Assembly (NCBI GenBank): GCA_963773285.1
Contig: CAVZAM010000036.1
Location: 80,605-144,604, forward strand
Length of the DNA stretch: 64,000 nucleotides
Reading direction: 5' to 3'
Origin: an uncultured delta proteobacterium
GTDB taxonomy: Bacteria > Desulfobacterota > Desulfobaccia > Desulfobaccales > 0-14-0-80-60-11
Part shown: in pieces, positions 40,201-49,739 of the stretch
Numbering within the stretch: the stretch's first letter is position 1
How the letters are laid out: each line of letters opens with the position of its first letter
Translations under genes and position numbers: made by a program
Notes under the pieces: model-generated
The model's input: the letters and a program-made list of their open reading frames with translations, nothing else
The model's database searches: none
Told to the model about the DNA's origin: nothing

Positions 40201-40616
40201 GCGGCCCGGCGGGCCCGCTTGAACCAGAGATGCTGGTCGGAGGTGTGATTGACCACCAGTTCGGTGATGACGCGTAAGCCCCGGTACTTGGCCTCCCGGA
40301 GGAAGGTCTTGAAGTCCCGGAGAGTGCCGTAATACGGGTGGATGTCGGTGTAGTCGGCGATGTCGTAGCCGTCGTCCTTGAGGGGCGAGGGGTAAAAAGG
40401 CAGGAGCCAGATGGCCGTAATCCCCAGGTCCTGCAAATAATCCAGCTTGGCGGTGATCCCCCGGAAATCGCCGATGCCGTCCCCGTCGCTGTCAAAAAAG
40501 GCGCGGACGTGCATCTCGTAAATAATGGCGTCCTTGTACCACAGAGGGTCGTCACCCAAAAGGACAGTAAGGCTTTTTCTGGCCACCGGCACTTCCTCAG
40601 AGCCTGGAATTACCAA
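37224..40616 (-). CDS. treS: Trehalose synthase fused to maltokinase (TreS-Pep2/Mak)
   Basis: 1130 aa. The N-terminal GH13 half has '[19 protein letters not shown]', '[13 protein letters not shown]', '[13 protein letters not shown]'. The C-terminal kinase half has '[27 protein letters not shown]'. Confidence 0.9.
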   Translation of the reverse strand: [1130 protein letters not shown]

Positions 40617-40662
40617 TTGCGATTAGGCCATTGCTCCGCAAAAGACATAAAGAGCTTATGCT

Positions 40663-40836
40663 GGGAGGAGGGCCAGGGACTTGAAGTCCCTGCCCTCCCC
40701 CAACCCCTCTCCCAACCCGCAGAAGGTCCGGGAAAGGCAGAGGCTATGGCCTCGGCTTTCCCGGAAAAATTCTCCTCTAGGGATTGGGGGAGGGGTGTGG
40801 GGAGGGGAAGGGCCCACCGGCCCTTAGCCCCCTCCC
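40663..40836. repeat. G/C-tract intergenic repeat, copy upstream of treS-pep2 (module A 40663-40718, module B 40779-40836)
   Basis: Same order and orientation as the copy at 37101. The hairpin CAGGGACT-TGA-AGTCCCTG (40674-40692) keeps its lower stem, and the upper stem shows compensatory changes. Confidence 0.6.
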
Positions 40837-40882
40837 AGCTTAGCTTTGATTATGTCCTTTGCAGAGCAAAATGCATAATCGA

Positions 40883-42902
40883 TTACAAATAATAATCAAA
40901 ATCCCGTTCCGTCCGCACCAGGCGCCTGATGCGAAAGACGTGGGCCGGGACCACCAGGGGGTTGAGCTCCACGTAATTTTTGGGCCCGTGCCAGAGAAAG
41001 CGGGCTTCCCCCAAAAGGTCGTGGACCTGGTAGGGCTGGCGCGGGTTCAAGCCCAGCTCCTCCAGGGGCAGCTCCAGCCACCCCCCCTGGGTGAGGTGGG
41101 GATTGAGGTTCACCACCACCAGGATGATGTTGCTAAGATCCCCGGTATATTTGGCGTAGCAGATCAACTGCTCGTTGTCTATGGGGAAAAACCGCAGGTG
41201 CAGGTCCTGCTGCAGGGCCGGGTTCTCCCGCCGGAGACGGTTCACCCTGGCGATGAACTCCTTGAGGCTGCCGGGCTGGTCCAGGTCCCAATATTTTATT
41301 TCGTATTTCTCGGCGTCGAGCATACTCCTCGCCCCCCGGCTCCCTGGCCTCGTGCAGGCACTGCTCGAAGGGCGGGCCGTAAATGCCGTAGTTGGCCCCC
41401 AGGGTGGCGGCCAGCACCAGCCGGGCCCGAAAGGCCGGGGCGCCCCCGAACTGCAGGTATTCCGTCAGGATGTCCGGGGTGTTGGGCCACAGGTTGGGCC
41501 GGAAATACTCCTTCACCCCGGACTGGGTCAGCTCCGTAAAATACTGCGTCAGCTCCCACTTGGTGTTGCGCCAGGCAAAAAAGGTGTAGGACTGGCTGAA
41601 ACCCAGCTTGGCCAGGCGGTACATGACCTTGGGGCGGGTAAAGGCCTCGGCCAGGAAAATGGTCTCGGGGTGGCTGGCCTTGATCCCGGCAATGAGCCAC
41701 TCCCAGAAAGGAAAAGGCTTGGTGTGGGGGTTGTCCACCCGGAAGATCCGCACCCCCTGGTCGATCCAGAACAGCAAGACCTCCTTGAGCTCCTGCCACA
41801 GGGCCTCCCAGTCCTCGGTCTCAAAATTAAAGGGGTAGATGTCTTCGTATTTTTTGGGGGGATTTTCGGCGTATTGCACCGTGTGGTCCGGCCGCCAGCT
41901 AAACCAGCCGGGGTGCTCCCTGACGTAGGGGTGGTCCGGGGAGGCCTGAAACGCCATGTCCAGGGCAATGTCAATGCCGTAGTCCTGGGCCCGGGACACC
42001 AGGCGCCGGAAATCTTCCAGGGTCCCCAGCTGCGGGTGCACCGCCCGGTGGCCGCCCGCCGCCGCCCCTATGGCCCAGGGGCTGCCCACGTCCTCCGGGG
42101 TCACCTGGGTGGCGTTGTTGCGGCCTTTCCGGTGGGTGGTGCCGATGGGGTGGATGGGGGGGAAATACAGCACGTCGAAACCCAGGTGGGCCACATAGGC
42201 GAGCCGCGCCTCGCAGTCTGCCAAGGTGCCGTGCCGCCCCGGCTCCGTGGCCGCGGAGCGGGGAAACATCTCGTACCAGGTGCTGTAGCGGGCCTTGACC
42301 GGGTCCACCACCACGGTGAGGGTCTTGTCGTAGGCGGTGATGAACCGCCGGTCGGGGTAGCGGCCCATGACCAGGGTCAGCTCCGGATCAAGGGCCTGCT
42401 TTAGCTTCACCGCCTGGTCCCCCCCGGCGCTCAAGGCCCGGGCCCAATCGCCTAGGCCCTGGGCGTCCCGGGGGGCGGCCTGCTTTTGGGCCGCGGCGAT
42501 CAAATCGGCCCCCATGAGAAACTCCACCGCCAGGTCCTGCCCGGCCTCCGCCTTGACCTGCACGTCCCGCTGCCAGGTGCGGAACCGGTCGATCCAGGCC
42601 TCGATGGTGTAGAGGTAGCAGCCGAGCTCAGCAAGGGGAAACTCAGCCTGCCAGCGGTCGTTCACCAGCGGCTGCATGGCCACACTTTGCCAATCGGGTT
42701 CAGCCGCCCGGCGGTACAGCACCTGCGCCGCCAGAACATCGTGGCCGTCCACGAAGATATCCGCCTCCACCCGCAGCCGGTCCCCCACGATTCTTTTGGC
42801 GGGGAACACCCCCCCGTCTACTTCCGGGGCCACCGCCTCGATGGTTACCCGTTGCCGGGCCGCAGCCGCATCAAGGCGCTTATCTCTGTCACAGGTCACC
42901 AT
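40883..42902 (-). pseudogene. glgE: Alpha-1,4-glucan:maltose-1-phosphate maltosyltransferase GlgE, frameshifted as assembled
   Basis: 'YSTWYEMFPRS', 'GFDVLYFPPIHPIG', 'GVRIFRVDNPHTKP'. The pieces join at '...EAREPGGEEY|LDAEKYEIKYWDLD', with the shift near 41319-41337. Confidence 0.85.
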
Positions 42903-43078
42903 GGTATTCTCCCGGCACGAGATTCAACCTGAATATTTTCTGGGGGAAAGGGATAAAAGGCAGGGCCGATGAGGCCGAACCTGGCAAGCCAGCCCGGCGG
43001 CCTCCCGGCGGTGGCGTGTCATGGGCATGGCGATTATAGGGCAAACCCTCTGCTTCGAACCACGGGACCCGGCCGTCT

Positions 43079-46030
43079 TTACGGCAGCTTCTGCCCTTTT
43101 TCCCCGGTCCTGTCGGCTTTTTCCTCAGTCTGCCCCCAGAGCAGGGCCACCGGCAAGTCCTGGAAGAGGGGCGCGAGGGGCAGGGCTTTTTTGCGCCGGT
43201 CCTGGCGGCATGCCAGGGTCGCACCGTTAAAGACATTGACGTATTGTCCCGGGGCATCGGCCGGCAGGGTCAGGGAGGTTTTTTCCCAGGCCCCTTTTTT
43301 GAAGGAGCCGTCCCCGCCGGCAACCAGGCCGGTAAAAAACCTGGCCGCCGCCACCACGACCCAGGTCCCCTCAAAGTGGCGGGCAAAAGCCACCACGTGC
43401 TTGTCACGGGGACCCCTCGCCTTGACCGGGAGATAATCCCCCGCCATGAACAGGTCCTGATGGGCTTTGCGGAAGTTCAGGGCCTGGTAGATGACGTACA
43501 TCTTGAGCGCCCCGCTTTTCCAGGTCTCCTTGAGCCTGCCCGCCAGGGAGCCGGCATCTGGCGCGGCGGTCTTCTTGATGTCCCTCAAAAGCCGGAGCCG
43601 TTCCTGAAAATCCACCGGCCGGCGGTTATCCGGGTCCACCAGGCTGAGTTCCCAGAGTTCGGCCCCCTGGTACAAGTCCGGGACCCCCGGCGAGGCGATC
43701 TTCAAGAGAACCTGGGTAAGGGAGTTCAGGGCGCCGCAGTAGGCCAGATCAGCCTGCACGGCCTTGAAATCCTCCAGAAACTCCTGATTGTTGTGCTCAT
43801 CCAGGACCGCCTCCACAAACGCGGTCAAGGCGTTTTCATGCTCCAGGTTCGGCTTGATCCACCCGGTATTGATTTTGCCCTCCCGGGCCGCCTTGACGAC
43901 ATAAACCTTGATCCGCTCCTTGAAGTCCGCCATCTGCTTTTCGAAAAGCGGCCAGGCGCCGATCAGGGTCTGGTAGAGGAAATACTCCTGGTTCCGGTCC
44001 GGTACTGCGATGCCGCCCACCAACAGCTTCTTGGAGCGATGGAAGGCGCTCCACCGTTTCAGGCAGGCCTCCCAGGCCTCGGGCATTTCAGACAGGACCG
44101 CTATGCGGGTGCGCACGTCCTCGCCCCGCTTGGTGTCGTGGGTGGACGTGGCATTTAAGCCGTGCGGGATAAGCCGCTGCCTTTGCTGATTAAAGCGGTG
44201 CAGATCCTCCGGGGAGACGGCGTTCAGGCTGCCTCCCACCTCGTTTAAGGAGACCAGGGGGTTGTAGACGTACAGCGCGGTGTCCTCGAACCCCTTGGCC
44301 ATGATGGGGCCGGTGAACTGCTGCCAGCGCATCACGAGGTGCAGCCAGGCCTTTTTCTGGTCCTCCGGCAGGTTGGGGGGAAATTCCAAAAAAAGCACCC
44401 GCCGGACGAAGTCCAGGGCCACGGGATTGAGGTTGGGGTTTTTGCGCCGGACCTCGGCCAGGGCCTCCTCCAGGAAGGCCTGGTCAGGGGGGGGCACTGC
44501 AAAGCTCCGGATATAGGTGCGATAGCAGTCCAGGCCGGCAATAAACTCCTTCAGGACCGCCTGGAGGTCGTTTTTGGACACGTCCCGGGCCTGCCGGTCC
44601 TGTTCCGCCAGGACCGCGAGGCGATGCCCCAGGGCCTCCACCTCGCCCCCGAACTGGGTTTCCAGGAGCAGCTTCTTTTTGTCATAGACCACGTCGGCCA
44701 AGTCCCCTTCGCAGTGGGTGAAGCGGGCATAAATCCTTTTGATCTGCCTGTATCCCTGCGGCTCCACGAACAGGCCGTTCACCCGGTCCAGGTGATCATA
44801 GCCCGTGGTGCCGGCCACCGGCCACGACGCCGGTATGGTCTCGTCCTCGGCCAGGATCTTTTCCACCACCAGGTAAAATTTCTGCTCGCCGGCGTCAGGG
44901 GCCTTGGCCACTGCGGCGACCCGGTCCTGGAGGCGCCTCAAATACCCCTCCGGGTCAAACAGGCCGTCGATGTGGTCCACCCTCAAGCCGGTGATCCTGC
45001 CGTCCTTCACCAGGCTGAACATGAGGGCGTGAGACGCCTCGAAGACCTTGGGGTCTTCCACCCTGAGACCGATGAGATCGTTGACGCTGAAAAAACGCCG
45101 GTAATTGATAAGGTCCAGGGCCACCCGGAACGAGGCCAGGCGGTAGGGCTGCAGCCGGAGCAGCCGGTCCAGCAGGTTAAAGCTGTTGGGGTCCCCCTTC
45201 TTACCGTTGAAGATGGCTAAATTATCATCAAGGAATTTTTTGATGGCGGGGTTTCCCTGGTAATGGAGCCAGAGGTTCTTTTTAAGGACATCCTTCTGAC
45301 GCTGGCGTTCCTGAAGTTTGCTGTTGCTGCTGACGGTGCGGGGGGGCAGGTAGTCGATCAGGGTAATAAGACCCCGCAGGCTCAGGATGGCCGGGTCCCC
45401 CTCCCCCAGTTCCCGGGTCAGGTCGTCGAGCCGGTGGGACAGAATAAGGTTGTAAGTCTTGGGGTCCAGAGGGAATTTCTGGTCGTAGTAGCGGACGCTG
45501 AAACCCTGCTCCTCGAGGGCCAGCTTCATCTCCTGCGCTTCAAGGGTCTGGCCGTAGGACTCGCCCAATATGGGCTGCAGGACCTTGCCATCCAGGATAC
45601 CGTGGGGGGGGTGCCAGTTGATGTCAAAAAAGATGGCATAGGGGGAGGCCGGGCCGTCTTCCAGGACATCGTGCCACCAGGGGTTGTCCTGGCTCAGGGC
45701 CATGTGGTTGGGCACAATGTCCAAAAGCAGGCCCATGCGCCGCGCCTTCAAGGTGCGGGCCAGGGCGTTGAACGCCGCCCGGGTGCCCAGCTCCGGGTTG
45801 ATTGCCAGGGGGTTGGTGACGGAGTAGCCGTGGATGCTGCGCCGCCTGGCCTTGAAAAAGGGGGAGGAGTACAGGTCGGTGATGCCCAGGTCATGGAGAT
45901 AAGGCACCAGGGCCTTGGCTGCGTCAAAGCGGAAGCCGTGGTGAAACTGGAAGCGGTAGGTGGCGGCGGGCACTCGGAAGCCGGTCATTTTTCCCCCGGG
46001 CGGCGCCGGGTCAGTTATCTCCCCTGACAT
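43079..46030 (-). CDS. treY: Malto-oligosyltrehalose synthase
   Basis: 'PAATYRFQFHHGFRF..A..LVPYLHDLGITDLYSSPFFKA...HGY', 'LLLDIVPNHMA'. The start may instead be the ATG at 45988. Confidence 0.9.
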   Translation of the reverse strand: MSGEITDPAPPGGKMTGFRVPAATYRFQFHHGFRFDAAKALVPYLHDLGITDLYSSPFFKARRRSIHGYSVTNPLAINPELGTRAAFNALARTLKARRMGLLLDIVPNHMALSQDNPWWHDVLEDGPASPYAIFFDINWHPPHGILDGKVLQPILGESYGQTLEAQEMKLALEEQGFSVRYYDQKFPLDPKTYNLILSHRLDDLTRELGEGDPAILSLRGLITLIDYLPPRTVSSNSKLQERQRQKDVLKKNLWLHYQGNPAIKKFLDDNLAIFNGKKGDPNSFNLLDRLLRLQPYRLASFRVALDLINYRRFFSVNDLIGLRVEDPKVFEASHALMFSLVKDGRITGLRVDHIDGLFDPEGYLRRLQDRVAAVAKAPDAGEQKFYLVVEKILAEDETIPASWPVAGTTGYDHLDRVNGLFVEPQGYRQIKRIYARFTHCEGDLADVVYDKKKLLLETQFGGEVEALGHRLAVLAEQDRQARDVSKNDLQAVLKEFIAGLDCYRTYIRSFAVPPPDQAFLEEALAEVRRKNPNLNPVALDFVRRVLFLEFPPNLPEDQKKAWLHLVMRWQQFTGPIMAKGFEDTALYVYNPLVSLNEVGGSLNAVSPEDLHRFNQQRQRLIPHGLNATSTHDTKRGEDVRTRIAVLSEMPEAWEACLKRWSAFHRSKKLLVGGIAVPDRNQEYFLYQTLIGAWPLFEKQMADFKERIKVYVVKAAREGKINTGWIKPNLEHENALTAFVEAVLDEHNNQEFLEDFKAVQADLAYCGALNSLTQVLLKIASPGVPDLYQGAELWELSLVDPDNRRPVDFQERLRLLRDIKKTAAPDAGSLAGRLKETWKSGALKMYVIYQALNFRKAHQDLFMAGDYLPVKARGPRDKHVVAFARHFEGTWVVVAAARFFTGLVAGGDGSFKKGAWEKTSLTLPADAPGQYVNVFNGATLACRQDRRKKALPLAPLFQDLPVALLWGQTEEKADRTGEKGQKLP

Positions 46031-46149
46031 AAAATTTATTCTCCCATATTCAGGTACTTAATGACCTGTCCCGGTCGATCCTCCCGCCTGAGATTTTCCG
46101 GGGGTGGATGATAGACCGGTCGGCGGGTGCAGATACTTTTCCCCCGACT

Positions 46150-47992
46150 TTATTCCTTCTGGAGGTAAACCACGGCGGACAAGGGTTGTAGCGTGAGGGA
46201 TCTATCCCCCTCCCCTTGCACTCCCGCCAGGGCCGGCGCCCCAGGGCCCCCCCAGCGGGCGTCGGCGGAGTCGAGCCTTTTTTCCCAGTCGCCCCCCGGC
46301 CAGGGGAACGACAGGGTCTGGGCCTCCTTGCTGAAAGAAAACAAGGCCAGGGCCTGGGTGGACTCCCACATCATCCGCACCCACAACACCTTCTCTTTCT
46401 CATAATCCCGCACTTCCCGCTCCCGCCTCCCCAGGTCCACGGCAAGGTTAAGCTCCTTCCTGAGCCCGATCAGCTCCCGGTAAAATTCCCAGAGGGTCTG
46501 GTGATGGCCGTCCCGGCGGAGATGGTGATTGAGCTTGGCCCTGAGAAAGGTGTCTTCCTCACAGGGATCCAGGGCCTCCCCGGTGTAATTGGCGGCCTCG
46601 AACTGCCGCTGGCGCCCGTGACAAACGGCTTCACGCAGGGCTTCATCCGTGTGGCTGACAAAATAGACAAAATGGGCCGTCTCGCCGTATTCCTCCCCCA
46701 TGAACAGCAAGGGGATAAAGGGTGACAGGAGCACCACGGCGGCGGACAGCTTCAAGGCCTCGAAGGAAACCAGGTGGCTCGTGCGCTCCCCCCCGGGGCG
46801 GTTCCCCACCTGGTCGTGGTTCTGGGAGAACACCAGCAGGCGCTCCGGCGCAATGTCCCGGGAGGAGGAGCCCCGGCGGTGGTTCCGGTAGGCGGAGTAC
46901 TCCCCGGTGTAAATGAAGCCTTCCCGGTACGACTTGGCCAACTGGCTCAGCCGGCCGTAATCCACATAGTAGCTCGCCTGCTCCCCGGTGAGCAGCGTGT
47001 GCAGGGCGTGGTGAAAATCGTCGCACCAGTGGACGTCCAGGCCATATCCGCCGATTTCCGGCTCCCGGAAAAAGCGCACGTCGTTTAAATCGCTTTCCGC
47101 CATGAGATAGAACTTCCGGTTCCGGATCTCCTGGAGCTCGTGGATGGTCTCGGACAACTCCGCAATGAAGGGTTTGGGAGACAGGTCGATGATGGTGTCG
47201 AGGGCGTCCAGGCGCAGGGCGTCCACATGAATTTCAAAGAACCAGTATATGGCGTTTTCGATGAAAAACCGCCGCACCTCGTCACTGCCCGGACCGTCGG
47301 AGTTGAGGGCCGAACCCCAGGGGGTCTGGTAGCGCTGGCTGAAATAGGGACCGTATTTGCCCAGGTAGTCGCCCTCCGGGCCCAGGTGGTTGAAGACCAC
47401 GTCCAGGACCACGGCCAGGTCCCGCCGGTGGCAGGCGTCCACGAGCTTTTTCAGGCCGTCCGGCCCGCCGTAGGTGTTCTGCACCGCAAAGGGGAAGACC
47501 CCGTCGTAGCCCCAGTTGCGCCCCCCGGGGAATTGGGCCACGGGCATAACCTCGATGGCGGTGATGCCCAGGTCCTTCAGTTCGTCCAGGTAGGGGATGA
47601 CGGCCTCAAAGGTGCCTTCCGGGGAGAAGGTCCCCACGTGCAGTTCATAGATGATGTAGTCCCTCAGGGGCAGGCCGCACCAGTGCCCGTCCCGCCAGGG
47701 GAATTGGGTGCCCACCACCTGGGAGGGCCCGTGCACCCCCTGGGGCTGGAACCGGGAGGCGGGGTCCGGAAAATCGTCGCGGTTGTTGATCCGATAAAAA
47801 TACCGAGAGCCGGGCTCCACCCCTGAAATCACGTCAAAAAAATAGCCCCGGGTCGCCTTTCTGCAGAGGGAAAAGATCCTCCCGGGGGGAGACCAGCCGG
47901 ACATGCATCTGCTCAGCGTTTGGGGCCCACACCAAAAACCTGGTGCGCCCCCCTCCCAGGTAAATGGCACCCAAATTGACCGATGGTTTCAT
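46150..47992 (-). pseudogene. treZ: Malto-oligosyltrehalose trehalohydrolase, frameshifted near the 5' end as assembled
   Basis: The true N-terminus 'MKPSVNLGAIYLGGGRTRFLVWAPNAEQMHVRLVSPREDLFPLQKGDPG' (ATG 47992) is in another frame. It joins 'YFFDVISGVEPGSRYFYRI' if one base is removed from the C4/G3 run at 47846-47852. GH13 motifs 'ITAIEVMPVAQFPG..NWGYDG', 'ALRLDA', 'SQNHDQVGNR'. Confidence 0.85.
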
Positions 47993-48205
47993 AGTGCTTC
48001 CCTGGTGCTGCACAGCCGCTCAGCAACACCCCTGTCCTCTTACCTGCAGTCTTTCCGGCCCCTGACAGGCTTCCACACAAGGCGCGGTGGTCCCCGCCCC
48101 CCTTGCCGATGCAGCCGGGCGGCTGTTCCACCGCATGTCATCGTGTCGATTTAAGCCGGGCTCCAGCGGGGCTTGCCGGGCTGTAAGTACCCGGTCAACC
48201 GCCCG

Positions 48206-48379
48206 CTATACCCTCGGCGCCCGTCTGGCCACGCCGAATATCAGCGAAATGATAAAAAGAATGAGGAATATAAAGAATAGGACCTTGGCGATGCTTACCG
48301 CCCCGGCAGCGATCCCGCCAAAGCCGAATAACGCGGCCACAATAGCTATAATGAAGAATACTGCTGCCCAATAGAGCAT
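48206..48379 (-). CDS. DUF1328/YtjA-like small membrane protein (57 aa)
   Basis: Found by hand, below the track cutoff: '[49 protein letters not shown]'. AAGGAG SD. A paralog lies at 51410. Confidence 0.7.
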   Translation of the reverse strand: MLYWAAVFFIIAIVAALFGFGGIAAGAVSIAKVLFFIFLILFIISLIFGVARRAPRV

Positions 48380-48424
48380 GACTACTCCTTATCAATATTG
48401 CCAAACTTGTTTTGATAATTCAAC

Positions 48425-48862
48425 TTATTTTAGCGCGGCCACCGCATCATCATAGGCTTTTTGAAGTCTTACCAAGGCCTTGTCTGTGTCTATTTTAATA
48501 GTGTTCCAAGTCTCATCCGAAGCCTCTCTGAGTCTTTCCAGATCTATCTTGATAATGGCAGATTCCTGGTTATATTTATCAAATTCCTCATTGGCCTTGG
48601 CTTTGGCTGCTGCTGAAGAAGCCTCGGCTTGCTTCTTTAATTCAGCCATCTTCTGCTTGAATTCATCCAGCTTTTGTGCCATTTCCTGTTCATATTTCTC
48701 TTTTTGCTGGGCCAAATTTTCCTGGCTGATTCCTGCCGGTTGGTTTTTTTGCAGACTTGGCTGAGAACTGGATTGTTTTCCCGGGGCCGGCTCTTCAGTG
48801 CTCCCGCATCCTAACACCATCAGTACTGCTATCAACCCGCATACGCCAAAGATTGTCTTCAT
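48425..48862 (-). CDS. Coiled-coil lipoprotein, function unknown
   Basis: 'MKTIFGVCGLIAVLMVLGCGS' (lipobox LGC), then Gln/Glu/Lys/Ala-rich helices. GAGGAG SD. Confidence 0.6.
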   Translation of the reverse strand: MKTIFGVCGLIAVLMVLGCGSTEEPAPGKQSSSQPSLQKNQPAGISQENLAQQKEKYEQEMAQKLDEFKQKMAELKKQAEASSAAAKAKANEEFDKYNQESAIIKIDLERLREASDETWNTIKIDTDKALVRLQKAYDDAVAALK

Positions 48863-48948
48863 ATCGTGCTCCTCAGGAGTTATCCTGGCTTCATACAAAA
48901 TCCCTTCCCAATCCAGGCCACCGGATTGGGAAGGGCCAGGAAAAACGG

Positions 48949-49137
48949 CTACTTCCAGCTATTCAGTTCCTTTTCCGCCTCTTCCTTGGCGATGCCGTAT
49001 TTTTCCTGCATCTTGCCGATGAGTTGGTCACGCTTGCCATTGATGACAACCAGGTCGTCATCGGTCAGTTTGCCCCATTTTTCCTTGACTTTGCCACTGA
49101 ACTGCTTCCAGTTGCCGCTGACTTGATCCCAATTCAT
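48949..49137 (-). CDS. CsbD/YjbJ-family stress protein
   Basis: 'MNWDQVSGNWKQFSGKVKEKWGKLTDDDL..I.GKRDQLIGK.QEKYG'. Confidence 0.85.
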   Translation of the reverse strand: MNWDQVSGNWKQFSGKVKEKWGKLTDDDLVVINGKRDQLIGKMQEKYGIAKEEAEKELNSWK

Positions 49138-49213
49138 GTGCTGCCTCCTGTTATTTAGGTTATCGCTAGGTTGCCTCGTGTGTAAGGCCAGTGCGCCTGC
49201 CGAGCGGGACAGG

Positions 49214-49447
49214 TTATTTTTGCTTCCACTTGCCCGATTCTTCATCCTTCGCATATTTTTCTTTTACCGCGGCCCAGGCCACCTTGTGGGCGGTCTCCTC
49301 CAAAGAAGCGTGGCCCCGGCGCTTCTTGGGGTCCTTGTACTGCTCCAGGGCGTTATTGTGGGCCTCCTGGTAGATTTCCTGGGCATGCTTCGGCAACACA
49401 TGCCTGACGCTCTCAGGAAGATCCTCGGTGCTCTGGTCTTTGGGCAT
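49214..49447 (-). CDS. chaB: ChaB-family protein
   Basis: 'DLPESVRHVLPKHAQEIYQEAHNNA..QYKD......ASLEETAHKVAWAAVK..YAK' closely parallels E. coli ChaB. GGGAGGGAAGAGG SD. Confidence 0.85.
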   Translation of the reverse strand: MPKDQSTEDLPESVRHVLPKHAQEIYQEAHNNALEQYKDPKKRRGHASLEETAHKVAWAAVKEKYAKDEESGKWKQK

Positions 49448-49479
49448 ACCTCTTCCCTCCCTCGGCCGAGCGCTCCGGA

Positions 49480-49635
49480 TCAGAAGCGGCCCAACAGGAC
49501 CAGGATAAGGATGATGATGAGAACCAGGCCGAGCCCGCCACTGGGGTAATAGCCCCACCCGGTGCTGTAAGGCCAGGTCGGCAACGCGCCGATGAGCAGG
49601 AGAATCAAAATGATGAGCAATACAGTCCCTAACAT
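49480..49635 (-). CDS. DUF3309-like small membrane protein (51 aa)
   Basis: Found by hand: 'MLGTVLLIILILLLIGALPTWPYSTGWGYYPSGGLGLVLIIILILVLLGRF'. AAGGAGGGAA SD. Confidence 0.7.
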   Translation of the reverse strand: MLGTVLLIILILLLIGALPTWPYSTGWGYYPSGGLGLVLIIILILVLLGRF

Positions 49636-49739
49636 TGAGGTTCCCTCCTTTATGTGTCAGGTATTTGTGTTCTTGAATAAATCAAGATTATCTCCCGGGA
49701 TGATGCTGCCGCTTAACCGCACGGAAAATTTCCGTTAAC

